DNA from: Candidatus Latescibacterota bacterium
GTDB lineage: Bacteria; Latescibacterota; UBA2968; GCA-2709665
Direction: 5' to 3'
DNA length: 64,000 nucleotides
NCBI GenBank assembly: GCA_965116875.1
Contig: OZ220733.1
Coordinates: 4,576,001-4,640,000 of the forward strand
Part shown: in pieces, positions 36,642-46,841 of the stretch
Layout of the letters: each line of letters begins with the position of its first letter
Position numbering within the stretch: position 1 is the first letter of the stretch
The notes under the pieces: generated by a model
Told to the model about the DNA's origin: nothing
What the model saw: the letters and a program-made list of their open reading frames with translations, nothing else
Database searches by the model: none
Position numbers and translations under genes: made by a program

Positions 36642-38264
36642 GTGATGGATAGCGGGACATCCCAGAGCTATGATGGCATAATCGTCGGGGCCGGCCACAA
36701 CGGTCTGATCCTGCAGGCTTATCTGGGGCGGACCGGACTCAGAGTGCTGTGCATCGATCGGAGAAATGTCCCGGGAGGTGCGCTGGCGACGATTGAAGAC
36801 GCACGGAATCCGGGATTTCTGCACAATACACATTCGTTCTACCATCGCGCGCTGGACATGATGCCGTGGTACCACGATCTGCAACTGAAACGGCACGGCG
36901 CGGAATACCTGGAGCCGGAATTGAACGTCGCCCTGCTGTCAAGGGACGGCGAAGCGCTGGAGTGGTGGACGGACTTTGAAAAAACCGTCGACTCCTTTGC
37001 ATGTTTCAGCAACAGGGACGCGGTGACGTTGAGGAGGTGGCGCGAAGCATTCCTGCCGATCGTTGAACGGATCATCGTTCCCGAAGCGCAGGCGCCCCCG
37101 CTGGAACCGGCCCGGCGGCGCGCCTTGCTCGGAAAGAGCAGGGAGGGGCGATTGCTGCTGGACGTCAGCCGATTATCGCCCCTCGAATTTGTACGCAGGG
37201 AATTCAGGCATCCGGTGATTCAGGCCGGATTGCTTTTTTTTAACGGGTTGCGCGAAGTCGATCTGCGGTGTCCCGGTTTCGGTCATCACGTTCCGGCGCT
37301 GTTGGCCAGTTCCGGCAAGGCGCAGATGTGCCGCGGCGGATCGGCGGTCCTCGCACGGGCTCTGGTGTCGGCGGTTCGGGAAAGCGGCGGCGAACTGCGC
37401 CTTGAGACGGAACCCGGCCGCTTCATCCGGGAAGGCAACCGTGTCGTCGGCGTGGAGGCCACGACGGGTGAGCGTTTCATGGCACGGCATTTTGTCGCAT
37501 CCGGGCTGAACCCGCACCAGACGTTCCTGGACCTCCTGGATAACGACGCGCTGCCGCGGACATGGCGGGATCGTGTGAGCGCGTTCCGCTATAATCTGGT
37601 GGCGCCGCTGTCCGCGCTGAATCTGAATCTGGTTGCGCCTCCGCGCTACGCGGCTGCCCGATCGGACCCTGCACTTGAAAAAGCGTTTATGGTCATTCTG
37701 GGACTGGATCACATGGACCGGTACCTGGAAATGGTGGCGTGCCACCGGTCGGGTCGCAAACCGCCGAACATTATGTGGGGGAGCTGCCCCACACTGTTCG
37801 ATCCATCGCAGGCGCCTGAGGGGAAGCATACCGCGTTCATGTGGCAGAAGTCACCGTACCGCCTGAATGGAGACCCGATGCATTGGGACTCGGAACGGGA
37901 CCGTCTGGGACAGGAGATGCTGGAGGCGTGGTGCCACTATGCGCCCAACCTGAAAGAGAGTCTCATTTCATGGTTCGCCCGCAGTCCGCTGGACGTGGAG
38001 CGCACGTTTCCGAATATGCGGGAGGGGGACCTGCTGGTTGGCGCGTTCACTGACGGCCAGATCGGTTACAACCGTCCGTTTCCAGGGGCCGGTCACTACA
38101 GGACGCACCTTCGGGGGCTGTATCTGTGCGGTTCCTGTTGTCACCCCGGCGGCAACGTTACCGGTCTGCCCGGGTACAACTGCGCGCAGGTGATTCTCCG
38201 GGATCTCGGAGTCCACCAGGACTGGATGCCCGAGCCGATCGAAAGGCGGTTGGATCGTCTATGA
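36642..38264 (+). CDS. Phytoene desaturase-like NAD(P)/FAD-dependent oxidoreductase
   Basis: IVGAGHNGL, GLYLCGSCCHPGGNVTGLPGYNCA. Confidence 0.88.
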   Translation: MMDSGTSQSYDGIIVGAGHNGLILQAYLGRTGLRVLCIDRRNVPGGALATIEDARNPGFLHNTHSFYHRALDMMPWYHDLQLKRHGAEYLEPELNVALLSRDGEALEWWTDFEKTVDSFACFSNRDAVTLRRWREAFLPIVERIIVPEAQAPPLEPARRRALLGKSREGRLLLDVSRLSPLEFVRREFRHPVIQAGLLFFNGLREVDLRCPGFGHHVPALLASSGKAQMCRGGSAVLARALVSAVRESGGELRLETEPGRFIREGNRVVGVEATTGERFMARHFVASGLNPHQTFLDLLDNDALPRTWRDRVSAFRYNLVAPLSALNLNLVAPPRYAAARSDPALEKAFMVILGLDHMDRYLEMVACHRSGRKPPNIMWGSCPTLFDPSQAPEGKHTAFMWQKSPYRLNGDPMHWDSERDRLGQEMLEAWCHYAPNLKESLISWFARSPLDVERTFPNMREGDLLVGAFTDGQIGYNRPFPGAGHYRTHLRGLYLCGSCCHPGGNVTGLPGYNCAQVILRDLGVHQDWMPEPIERRLDRL

Positions 38265-39379
38265 TTCAACCCACGATTTCCTATCTGACCGACGTGTATT
38301 TCGGGTTCGGCGTCTCGGATATCGTGCCTGCGCTGCTCGCGGAGATGGGTATACGCCGACCGCTGCTGGTGACCGATCCGGGCCTGAGGGATCTGGGTAT
38401 CGTGAATCGCGTTGGCATGCACGACGCGCCCGCGTTCTGCGACGTCAAAACCAATCCGTCGGAGCCTCAGGTATTGCGGGCGGCGGAAGTCTACCGGAAA
38501 GGGCGTTGCGACGGATTCGTCGCGGTCGGCGGCGGTTCCGCCATGGACCTCGCGAAGTGCGCGGGGATTCTGGCAGGACACGCGGGATCGCTCGAATCGT
38601 ATGCGATGCGGTGTGGCGGCATGGAACGCATCACGCGCAGGGTCCCGCCCATTGTCGCCGTACCCACCACCGCCGGCAGTGGAAGCGAGGTGGGCAGAGC
38701 CGCGCTGGTGACGTTGTGTTCCGGCGACAAGGTGGGCTTCCTGAGCCGTTTTCTGACCCCCGCGGCCGCGGTATGCGATCCGGAACTGACGCTGACGATG
38801 CCGGCGTTCCTGAGCGCCGGCACGGGAATGGACGCCATTTCACACTGCGTGGAGACTTTTTGCAGCACCCGCTTCAACCCTGTTGCCGATGCGATCGCGC
38901 TCGACGGACTCGAACGAGGCTGTCGTCACATCTGTACCGCATATCTGGACGGGGCAGACCGGGAGGCCAGGAAAGAGATGCTGATGTGCGCGTTGCAGGG
39001 CGGCCTTGCGTTTCAGAAGAGCCTGGGCGCCGTGCACAGCCTGAGCCATCCATTGGGGTCGCTGGACCTGTCACTGCATCACGGTACGCTCAACGCACTG
39101 TTTCTTCCCGCCGTCCTGAGATTCAACTTCGGCTATTGCACCGGAAATTTGGATGCGATGGCGCAACGGCTGCGCATGAAGAAGGGGTCCGATCTGCCGG
39201 GATATTTCGAGGAGATGAACAGGCAGTTGGGTATCCCGCAGTCGCTTTCGGAACTGGGTGTTACCCGGGAGGATCTGGAACCGCTCGCGGCGAAGGCGGC
39301 AGCCGATCATTGCAGCCCGACAAACCCGAGGCCGCTGGATGAAGCCGCGTGCCGGATGCTTTATCTGTCCGTCTTGTAG
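38261..39379 (+). CDS. Iron-containing alcohol dehydrogenase
   Basis: GGGSAMD, PTTAGSGSE, DAISHCVE, HSLSH, HHG, TNPR. Confidence 0.92.
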   Translation: MIQPTISYLTDVYFGFGVSDIVPALLAEMGIRRPLLVTDPGLRDLGIVNRVGMHDAPAFCDVKTNPSEPQVLRAAEVYRKGRCDGFVAVGGGSAMDLAKCAGILAGHAGSLESYAMRCGGMERITRRVPPIVAVPTTAGSGSEVGRAALVTLCSGDKVGFLSRFLTPAAAVCDPELTLTMPAFLSAGTGMDAISHCVETFCSTRFNPVADAIALDGLERGCRHICTAYLDGADREARKEMLMCALQGGLAFQKSLGAVHSLSHPLGSLDLSLHHGTLNALFLPAVLRFNFGYCTGNLDAMAQRLRMKKGSDLPGYFEEMNRQLGIPQSLSELGVTREDLEPLAAKAAADHCSPTNPRPLDEAACRMLYLSVL

Positions 39380-39387
39380 GAGGTCAT

Positions 39388-40239
39388 ATGTCAAGCTTTG
39401 CGCAGGTGGACGAAGACGGTTTGAAGGAAGCGTTCGATCGTGACGGCTACGTGATCTTGAAAGCGTTTCTGGCATCGACCGTCATCGAGGGTGTACGAGA
39501 GGAGCTCGACGTTCTGGTTGACCGCCAGGCGGAGCGGTTACTGGCGTTGGAAAGAATCAGGGATCCTTTCAAGAATGCGCCGTTCGAAACCCGCATCGCG
39601 CGGTTGTTCGAATACTGCATGGATCTGGCGCCTACGTCATTCCGGCCTGAATTACACGGGCCGGGGCTCTTCGATCTGTTCTTTCATCCCCGCCTTCTGG
39701 ATGTCGCAGAATGGCTCCTCGGCCCCGAGATCAGGCTTTATCCGAATTATACGGCGCGCCCGAAGTTTCCCGAGTGGAAGGGAACGCTGGTCCTGTGGCA
39801 TCAGGACGGGGGATACACGGCGCAGGCCGCCGATGGCGTGGAGACGTTGAGGATGCTAAACGTCTGGGCGCCCCTCGTGCCCGCGACGGAGGAAAATGGC
39901 TGTATGCAGTTTGTGCCGGGTACGCACAAGCTGGGTATCGTGCCTCATGAAAAGAGGGAGTATTACCTTGAGATTTCACAGGAAGAGCTGGACCCGCGTC
40001 TGGGGCAGGCGGTCTCTATCGAAGTGGACCCCGGAGACGTAGTCCTGTTTCATAACCTGATGTTTCATTGCGGACTGCCCAACAGGACCCGCGGGGTGCG
40101 CTGGAGCATGGACTGGCGGTACCAGGACGCGACTCAGCCTACGATGCGTACCCACCGGGGGCATCTGGCCAGAAGCGGGAAGACGCAGGAAAACGTGGTC
40201 AGAGACCGGAAGGATTGGGCGGAACGGAAATTCACGTAG
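39388..40239 (+). CDS. Phytanoyl-CoA dioxygenase (PhyH) family 2OG-Fe(II) oxygenase
   Basis: WHQD, ENGCMQFVPGTH, H.G.PN...RWS.D.RY. Confidence 0.9.
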   Translation: MSSFAQVDEDGLKEAFDRDGYVILKAFLASTVIEGVREELDVLVDRQAERLLALERIRDPFKNAPFETRIARLFEYCMDLAPTSFRPELHGPGLFDLFFHPRLLDVAEWLLGPEIRLYPNYTARPKFPEWKGTLVLWHQDGGYTAQAADGVETLRMLNVWAPLVPATEENGCMQFVPGTHKLGIVPHEKREYYLEISQEELDPRLGQAVSIEVDPGDVVLFHNLMFHCGLPNRTRGVRWSMDWRYQDATQPTMRTHRGHLARSGKTQENVVRDRKDWAERKFT

Positions 40240-40378
40240 GGCGTTGCCGCAGATCCGCGGCCGTGTGTGGCGGTGACGGGACGGAACTGTACGTCGTTGC
40301 GCAAATCCGCGGACTGCCAAAGGAATCCTGGTCTTCGATACGGACGGGTTCGTTCGGCATGCGAGCGCGATGCGGGAT

Positions 40379-41194
40379 CTACAGGTATCGGATGGCGTTG
40401 TATATCGACAGCACGAAACCGGCACCGGTGATCAGAAGAAGGAGCAGCGCAGCCACCACGGTACGGCGCCCCTCGCGCCAGCGTGCACTCGAGACGAGGA
40501 GCCGGGAAGCGATCCAGCCCCCGGCGAATCCGCCGAAGTGGGCCCAGTTGTTGACACCCTGCATGAGAAAGCCGAAGATGAATAACATGATGGCCCACTG
40601 CCATATCTGACGCGTCATCAGCGCGGCGAAGCTGGTCTTCTGGCTGCGGCCATAGACGATGAGGGCGGCCAGGAGTCCGAAAATCGAGCCGGAGGCGCCA
40701 AGCGTGGGGTATCCGGAAACGGCGTTGGACAGGAGAAAGCCAACGACGCCGCCCGTCGTAAAAATGATGAAATAGCGCGCCGGACCGTAGAGGTTTCCGA
40801 CTTCGGGGCCCAGTTGCCGGATCCACAGCACGTTGAAGAGGATGTGCAACAACCCGCCGTGCAGGTAGATTGCCGTGAAGAGGGTCCACCACGGCGCGTT
40901 TCCGTCTGTCAGGCCCAGGATCGCGGTAGCGTGAAATCCAGGCGAGAGCATTCCGAAGAAGCCGCCACGCAGGGACAGCGCGGCATCCAGGTCGAGGAGC
41001 AGACTGAGTACATAGAGTACGATACACGCCGTTGGAATCAGCGTGAGAACGTCGATTTTCGATCCGAAAAGCCGGCTCAGGGCGGGGCCGAGCCCCCACA
41101 GACCCGGGCGGTAGGCGCCGCAGTACGGGCATTTTTTCTCTTCCGTGCTGATCAGGTTTCGGCAGCCCGGACAGACCATCGAGGTAGAAGGCAT
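40379..41194 (-). CDS. Rhomboid intramembrane serine protease with N-terminal zinc ribbon
   Basis: CPGC..CPYC, LHGGLLHILFN, GASG, NWAHFGG. Confidence 0.9.
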   Translation of the reverse strand: MPSTSMVCPGCRNLISTEEKKCPYCGAYRPGLWGLGPALSRLFGSKIDVLTLIPTACIVLYVLSLLLDLDAALSLRGGFFGMLSPGFHATAILGLTDGNAPWWTLFTAIYLHGGLLHILFNVLWIRQLGPEVGNLYGPARYFIIFTTGGVVGFLLSNAVSGYPTLGASGSIFGLLAALIVYGRSQKTSFAALMTRQIWQWAIMLFIFGFLMQGVNNWAHFGGFAGGWIASRLLVSSARWREGRRTVVAALLLLLITGAGFVLSIYNAIRYL

Positions 41195-41288
41195 TGCTAC
41201 CCTCCGATCGTTTTGTAAGCCACCGTTCCGCCATCGGCTTGCGGGCGGTGATCGACCCGCGTCCGCACCCTGCGCGGAAAGGGCAGAA

Positions 41289-42470
41289 TCAGGACTTCGC
41301 GGGAGGGACACCGGCAACGCGCGGGGCGTCGGGACGATTGGCCGACCAGTTCCTGATCACCAGCGAAAGCCCCGTCAGAAACCGTTCCATTTCCGATTCC
41401 GAAGTGCTTCCCATCGCGGCTATCCGTATGGCGGTATTCTGCATCGGGCCGTAACCCGGCGCAATCTGAACATTCAACACGGTCTTCGCCGCGTGGACGA
41501 ATTCCGTCGCCGGGATGGAATCGGGCATCAGAATGGTGGTGACGGTGGGGCTGTAGAATGCCGGTTGCGCGAGCAGACCCAGGCCGTGTTTCGCCGCCCA
41601 GTCCCTCTGCATTCCCGCAAGTTTCCTGTGTCGCCGGAAGCGGGCTTCGCCTTCGTCCAGCATTTCCTCGAGACGGGCGATCAGACAGCGCAACATGAGA
41701 TCGGATACGGTTACGGGCGTCTGGGCGTCAGCGGCGCGGACGTGCCATTCGATCAGGTCCAGCACGTATCCGCGTTTCGCGACACGTGCCGCCGTCTCAA
41801 GCGCTCGATTCGAGACGATCATCACCGATCCGACGGCGGGAATCGCGAAGTCCTTCTGCAGACTCCAGAGATAGAAGTCCGGTTGCATCTCGCCAATGTC
41901 AACTTCAACCGCACCGGCGATACTCACGCCGTCGATGGCGACGAGCATTTCCGGAGTCCGGCGGCGCGCGTCCCGGCAGAGGGCGTCCACGGGAAGCATG
42001 ACCCCGGTGGCGGTCTCGTTGTGTGTCAGCAGCGCGACGTCGTAGCCACTTCGCAGCGCGGCGCGCCACATGTCGGAATCGATTCCATGCCCCCACGGCA
42101 CGCGAAGCAGGTCGACGGCGCGGCCATGCCGCACGAATAACGCCGCCCATCGGGCGGAAAACGCGCCCATATCAAGGCCCACCGCCCGAAAATCGGGCGG
42201 TGTATTGACAGCGACCATCTCCCAGTCGTAACTGCCCGTGTGGCCGAAGATGAGCGGCGTGTAGGCTTCCGGCGCGTGGAAGGCTTCGCGCAGGAGGGCC
42301 ACCGCGTGCGTGTACAGGGACTTGAAGTCGTTCGAACGGTGGGAGCAGGTCGCCCGATAGGACCGGATTGTGCGCTCCACCGCGGGCGTCAGCGCGTGCG
42401 GTCCCGGCGTCCAGAGCGCGGTGTCCTGCAGGCGGTATTGCGCGAATTCGTCGTGCAGCGCAGTTTTCAC
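41289..42470 (-). CDS. Class V PLP-dependent aminotransferase (serine-pyruvate/alanine-glyoxylate type)
   Basis: TPGP, SHRS, THNETATG, DGVS, SLQK, RIAAMG. Confidence 0.88.
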   Translation of the reverse strand: MKTALHDEFAQYRLQDTALWTPGPHALTPAVERTIRSYRATCSHRSNDFKSLYTHAVALLREAFHAPEAYTPLIFGHTGSYDWEMVAVNTPPDFRAVGLDMGAFSARWAALFVRHGRAVDLLRVPWGHGIDSDMWRAALRSGYDVALLTHNETATGVMLPVDALCRDARRRTPEMLVAIDGVSIAGAVEVDIGEMQPDFYLWSLQKDFAIPAVGSVMIVSNRALETAARVAKRGYVLDLIEWHVRAADAQTPVTVSDLMLRCLIARLEEMLDEGEARFRRHRKLAGMQRDWAAKHGLGLLAQPAFYSPTVTTILMPDSIPATEFVHAAKTVLNVQIAPGYGPMQNTAIRIAAMGSTSESEMERFLTGLSLVIRNWSANRPDAPRVAGVPPAKS

Positions 42471-42529
42471 TGGACCGCCTCCGGCGAAGGATCTCAAGGG
42501 TGGCCGGGTGGACGACAAACAACAACAGC

Positions 42530-42557
42530 GCCCGTTAAACATGCAGGTTTAACGGGC
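42530..42557. terminator. Hairpin downstream of tRNA-Gly
   Basis: GCCCGTTAAAC-ATGCAG-GTTTAACGGGC perfect 11-bp stem. Confidence 0.6.
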
Positions 42558-42572
42558 TTTCGCGTGAAAAAC

Positions 42573-42648
42573 TGGAGCGGGAAACGGGACTCGAACCCGC
42601 GACCCCAACCTTGGCAAGGTTGTGCTCTACCAGCTGAGCTATTCCCGC
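42573..42648 (-). tRNA. tRNA-Gly (GCC)
   Basis: GCGGGAATAGCTCAGCTGGTAGAGCACAACCTTGCCAAGGTTGGGGTCGCGGGTTCGAGTCCCGTTTCCCGCTCCA; upstream TTGACA-17-TACTTT promoter. Confidence 0.97.
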
Positions 42649-42928
42649 CCCGATGTTCTGCGGCGCCAAGTGAATTGAAAAGTAAAGAATGGCCCGCAGG
42701 ATGTCAAGGCATAATGCGTTTATTGATATCCCTTCAGGAACGCGGATTCGTACCGGTGTGATTGCGTTTCAATGAACAGCCCCTCGATTCCGGGGATGAA
42801 GACCAATTGGCGTCTACGGCTGAGGAACCCGCGTTGGAGTTGACATTCATGTCCGCGACGCGCATATTTACGTCTTCGGAGTGTTCGCACAAATGAGGCC
42901 GCTGGACGTTTCATTGGAGCCTGGCGGG

Positions 42929-45016
42929 ATGGTGGAAGAACAGGTTGTCCTGGCAATTGACATCGGCGGCACGTTCACGGATCTCGTCCTTCTGAACTGC
43001 CGTTCCGGCCGCCAGTCGGTTTCCAAGGTACCCACGACGTATCCGGATCCTTCCGATGCCGTATTGACCGGCATCGACTCATTGCCGGATTTCAGCGACG
43101 GAGGCGCCGTTCAACGCGTCATCCACGGTACGACGCTGGTGACCAACACGCTGATCGAGCGCAAGGGTGCGAGAACCGGACTGATCACGACGGCGGGGTT
43201 TCGGGATGCGCTGGAGATCGGTCGCGAGGGCCGGTACGATATCTATGATCTCCGCCTGGAATTGCCCGAACCGCTGGTGGAACGCAGGCTGAGATTCGGG
43301 GCGGTCGAGCGGATGAACGTGAGGGGAGAAGTCCTCGAGCCCCTGGATGAATCGTCCGTCCGGGAGGCTTGCGATACTTTTCTCGACGAAGAGGTGGATG
43401 CCGTTGCCATCTGCTTTCTGCACGCATACGCCAACCCGGAACACGAAAAACAGGCGGCGCGTATTGTCAGAAAAGCGATGCCAGGCGTATCTGTTTCGGT
43501 CTCTCACCAGGTGTCGCCCGAACTGCGGGAATACGACAGGACGTCAACAACCGTTGCCAACGCATACGTCCAGCCACTCGCCCGCCGGTATCTGGCCGGT
43601 TTGTCCAGGGGTCTGGAAGCCAGGGGCATCGCGGCGCCGTTGCATATCATGCTGTCCAACGGCGGCGTCTGCTCGGCCGAGACGGCCGCGGCGTTTCCCG
43701 TCCGTCTGGTCGAGTCCGGTCCAAGCGGCGGCGCGTTGTCCGCGGCCTATTGGGGCGGCCGTTCAGGCCTGAGCGATGTACTCGCGTTCGATATGGGAGG
43801 CACGACGGCCAAGGCCGTGCTGGGCAGTGACGGCGTTTTTCCCATTACAACCGAGTCCGAGGTGGCGCGTGTCTATCGATTCAAACGCGGGAGCGGGCTG
43901 CCGCTCCTGGTCCCCGTACTGGATATGATCGAAATCGGCGCGGGCGGCGGCAGTATCGCTCACCTGAACGAAATGAGTCTGCCGGCCGTCGGACCGGAAA
44001 GCGCCGGTTCGGTTCCCGGGCCCGCCTGCTACGGGAACGGGGGATCGGCGCCCACGGTGACCGACGCGGACCTGATTCTGGGAATGCTGAATCCGGTCTA
44101 TTTCCTGGGCGGAAAGATGGCGCTGGATCTCGACCGAGCAAGCAGCGCGGTCCACCGGCTGTCAAAGCAGCTGGGCATGGGCGTCAATCGTATGGCGTGG
44201 GGCATTCACCGAATGGTCAACGAGAACATGGCGAACGCGGCACGCGTTCACGCCGCCGAGCGCGGCATCGACATCCGGGGCTATGCCATGGTCGCTACCG
44301 GAGGCGCGGGACCCGTGCACGCATGCGGCGTGGCCGAGCGGCTCGGAATCAGCACGGTGATCGTGCCGCCCACGGCAGGCGTCAGTTCCGCGTTCGGTTT
44401 GATGCTTGCGCCGATTTCGTTCGATTTCGCGAGGAGTTACGTATCCCGTCTGGAGGCCTTGGATTACGTAAGGCTGAACAACCTGTACCAAGAGATGGAA
44501 ACCGAGGGCGCCGATGTCTTGCGGGAGGCAGGTGTGGCGCCGTCACAGATGCGGATTGAACGCACTGCCGACATGCGGTACGTGGGACAGGGCCACGAAA
44601 TCGGAATTCCGATTCCCGGTGGCGGACTCAGCCCCGAAAGGCTGGATGAAATCCGGGAGGGATTTGATACGGAATATATCCGCAAATTCACGCGCACGTG
44701 CGAAGGCGTGGAAATCGAGTCCGTTCACTGGCGCGTGCGGATGTCCGGGCCGAAGCCCGATATCGGCGATCCTGAGTCCGCGCCTTCACCGGGCGGGGGC
44801 GCTGCAAAGGGCGTTCGCCCGGTGTTGTTCGATGCGGAAACCGGTCCGGAACCGACGACGGTTTTCGACAGGTACAGGATTGAATCGGGATTTCGAGCGT
44901 CCGGACCGGCGATTGTGGAAGAAGCCGAATCCACTGCCGTCGTGCCGCACGGCTGGACAATTGCCGTGGAGGCGTGCGGCAGCCTGCGTCTGACGCGCGA
45001 GGAGGGATTGGGATAA
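42929..45016 (+). CDS. Hydantoinase A/oxoprolinase family protein (second copy)
   Basis: DIGGTFTD, HGTTLVTN, ESGP, DMGGTT, GAGGGS. Confidence 0.93.
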   Translation: MVEEQVVLAIDIGGTFTDLVLLNCRSGRQSVSKVPTTYPDPSDAVLTGIDSLPDFSDGGAVQRVIHGTTLVTNTLIERKGARTGLITTAGFRDALEIGREGRYDIYDLRLELPEPLVERRLRFGAVERMNVRGEVLEPLDESSVREACDTFLDEEVDAVAICFLHAYANPEHEKQAARIVRKAMPGVSVSVSHQVSPELREYDRTSTTVANAYVQPLARRYLAGLSRGLEARGIAAPLHIMLSNGGVCSAETAAAFPVRLVESGPSGGALSAAYWGGRSGLSDVLAFDMGGTTAKAVLGSDGVFPITTESEVARVYRFKRGSGLPLLVPVLDMIEIGAGGGSIAHLNEMSLPAVGPESAGSVPGPACYGNGGSAPTVTDADLILGMLNPVYFLGGKMALDLDRASSAVHRLSKQLGMGVNRMAWGIHRMVNENMANAARVHAAERGIDIRGYAMVATGGAGPVHACGVAERLGISTVIVPPTAGVSSAFGLMLAPISFDFARSYVSRLEALDYVRLNNLYQEMETEGADVLREAGVAPSQMRIERTADMRYVGQGHEIGIPIPGGGLSPERLDEIREGFDTEYIRKFTRTCEGVEIESVHWRVRMSGPKPDIGDPESAPSPGGGAAKGVRPVLFDAETGPEPTTVFDRYRIESGFRASGPAIVEEAESTAVVPHGWTIAVEACGSLRLTREEGLG

Positions 45017-46731
45017 TGCGGGAGGAAAAACTGGATGCCGTTCTGCTTGAGGTATTGTGGAACCGGCTGATATCCATCGTGAACGAGCAGGCCGCCGCTC
45101 TGATGCATGCCTCGTTCACCACCGTGGTCAGGGAGGCAGGCGACCTTTCGGCGGGTATTTTCAACCGTACCGGCGATATGGTCGCGCAGGCCGTGACTGG
45201 CACTCCGGGCCATATCAACACGATGGCAACCTGTGTCGGACATTTCGCGAAAGCACATCCGATAGACAGTCTGAAGCCTGGCGACAGCCTTCTTACCAAC
45301 GATCCATGGCTGGGTTCGGGTCATCTGCACGACATCACCGTGGTTACTCCCGTATTTCATCGCGGAAAGCCCGTCGGATGGTTCGCCAATACCTGCCACG
45401 CCATGGATATCGGAGGCAGGACGCTGGGTGCGGACGCGCGCGAGGTTTTCGAAGAGGGACTCCATATTCCAATCATGTACCTTTTCCGTGAAGGCCATGT
45501 CAATCGGGATTTGCTTGAAATCGTCCGCGCGAATGTCCGCACGCCGGACGCCGTGGTGGGAGACCTCCATGCCCAGCAGGCCGGCAACGACGTAGGCGCC
45601 GCGAAGCTATCGGAAATGATGTCGGAATACGGAATGGAGGACATCGAGTCCCTCGCGTCACTGATCCTGGACCGGTCGGAGGCCGCCACGCGGGACGCGA
45701 TCGCGGAGATTCCCAACGGCACGTACCGGGATGAAGTGGTCATCGACGGTTTCGACGATCCCTTGAAGATCGCGGTTTCCATTCAGGTACAGGACCGGAA
45801 GCTCGTCGTCGACTACGACGGCACGTCACCTCAGGTGGACCGTGGAATCAACGTAGTCTACAACTATACCCACGCCTATACAACCTATCCGCTGGCGTGT
45901 TCAATCAGCCCCGCCGTCCCGAATAACGCCGGAAGTTTCCGGCCAGTTGAGGTAACCGCTCCGCCGGGCACCGTTCTGAATGCGACGTTTCCGTGCGCCG
46001 TCGGCGCCCGCCACCTGATCGGGCACTTTCTCTCTCAGGCGGTATTCGGCGCCTTGTCCCAGGCGATTCCCGACCGGGTCCTGGCCGACGGGTCGGCCGG
46101 ACTGTGGAATACGCAGCTGGAGGGACATGACCGGGAAGGTCGGGTGTTTTCCTATATCTTTTTCTCGGCCGGCGGCATGGGCGCCGGGCCCGCATCGGAC
46201 GGACTGTCGGCCACGGCCTTTCCAAGCGGCATAAAAGGGGTACCCGCCGAGGCCATCGAGGCGGTCTCGCCGGTTCTGATGCTGAAGCGGGAGCTGCGCC
46301 CGGATTCCGGCGGTCCCGGCCGATTCCGTGGCGGGCTGGGTCAGGAAATGGTACTTCGAATGGACACGGACTCCGCGGTGCTGCATTCGTGTATGTATGA
46401 CCGCACCAGGAGCCCGGCGCGCGGTTTCGCGGGCGGCGGAAACGGCGCCGTTGGCGAGGTACTCCTCTCAGACGGTTCCCGTCCGCACCCGAAGGGAAAA
46501 TACGAACTTCAGCCGGGACAGACGGTCACCCTGAGGCTTCCCGGGGGAGGGGGCTACTTTTCCCCACGTGCCCGCGATCCCTTCCTGGTGCTGAACGACG
46601 TACGACAGGGTCGCGTGTCGCTCGATGCGGCCCGGGACGAGTACGGAGTGGTCGTGGACAGCCGGAACCGTGAGATCGACCGGGCGGCCACCGACGCACT
46701 CAGGAAAGGTCCCACGGGGAACTCTGGATGA
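45016..46731 (+). CDS. Hydantoinase B/oxoprolinase family protein (second copy)
   Basis: TNDPWLGSGHLHD, DIGG, EEGLHIP, PGGGGY; TAATG coupling to the upstream gene. Confidence 0.93.
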   Translation: MREEKLDAVLLEVLWNRLISIVNEQAAALMHASFTTVVREAGDLSAGIFNRTGDMVAQAVTGTPGHINTMATCVGHFAKAHPIDSLKPGDSLLTNDPWLGSGHLHDITVVTPVFHRGKPVGWFANTCHAMDIGGRTLGADAREVFEEGLHIPIMYLFREGHVNRDLLEIVRANVRTPDAVVGDLHAQQAGNDVGAAKLSEMMSEYGMEDIESLASLILDRSEAATRDAIAEIPNGTYRDEVVIDGFDDPLKIAVSIQVQDRKLVVDYDGTSPQVDRGINVVYNYTHAYTTYPLACSISPAVPNNAGSFRPVEVTAPPGTVLNATFPCAVGARHLIGHFLSQAVFGALSQAIPDRVLADGSAGLWNTQLEGHDREGRVFSYIFFSAGGMGAGPASDGLSATAFPSGIKGVPAEAIEAVSPVLMLKRELRPDSGGPGRFRGGLGQEMVLRMDTDSAVLHSCMYDRTRSPARGFAGGGNGAVGEVLLSDGSRPHPKGKYELQPGQTVTLRLPGGGGYFSPRARDPFLVLNDVRQGRVSLDAARDEYGVVVDSRNREIDRAATDALRKGPTGNSG

Positions 46732-46841
46732 ACTTGATCCTCAGGCGGACTCCACACGGCGGGATTCGGGGAATTTCTAAATCAAAGCTTTAAAAGAAGT
46801 TCAAAACGAACTGGAACGCAAATTGTTACGCAGGAAAACCC

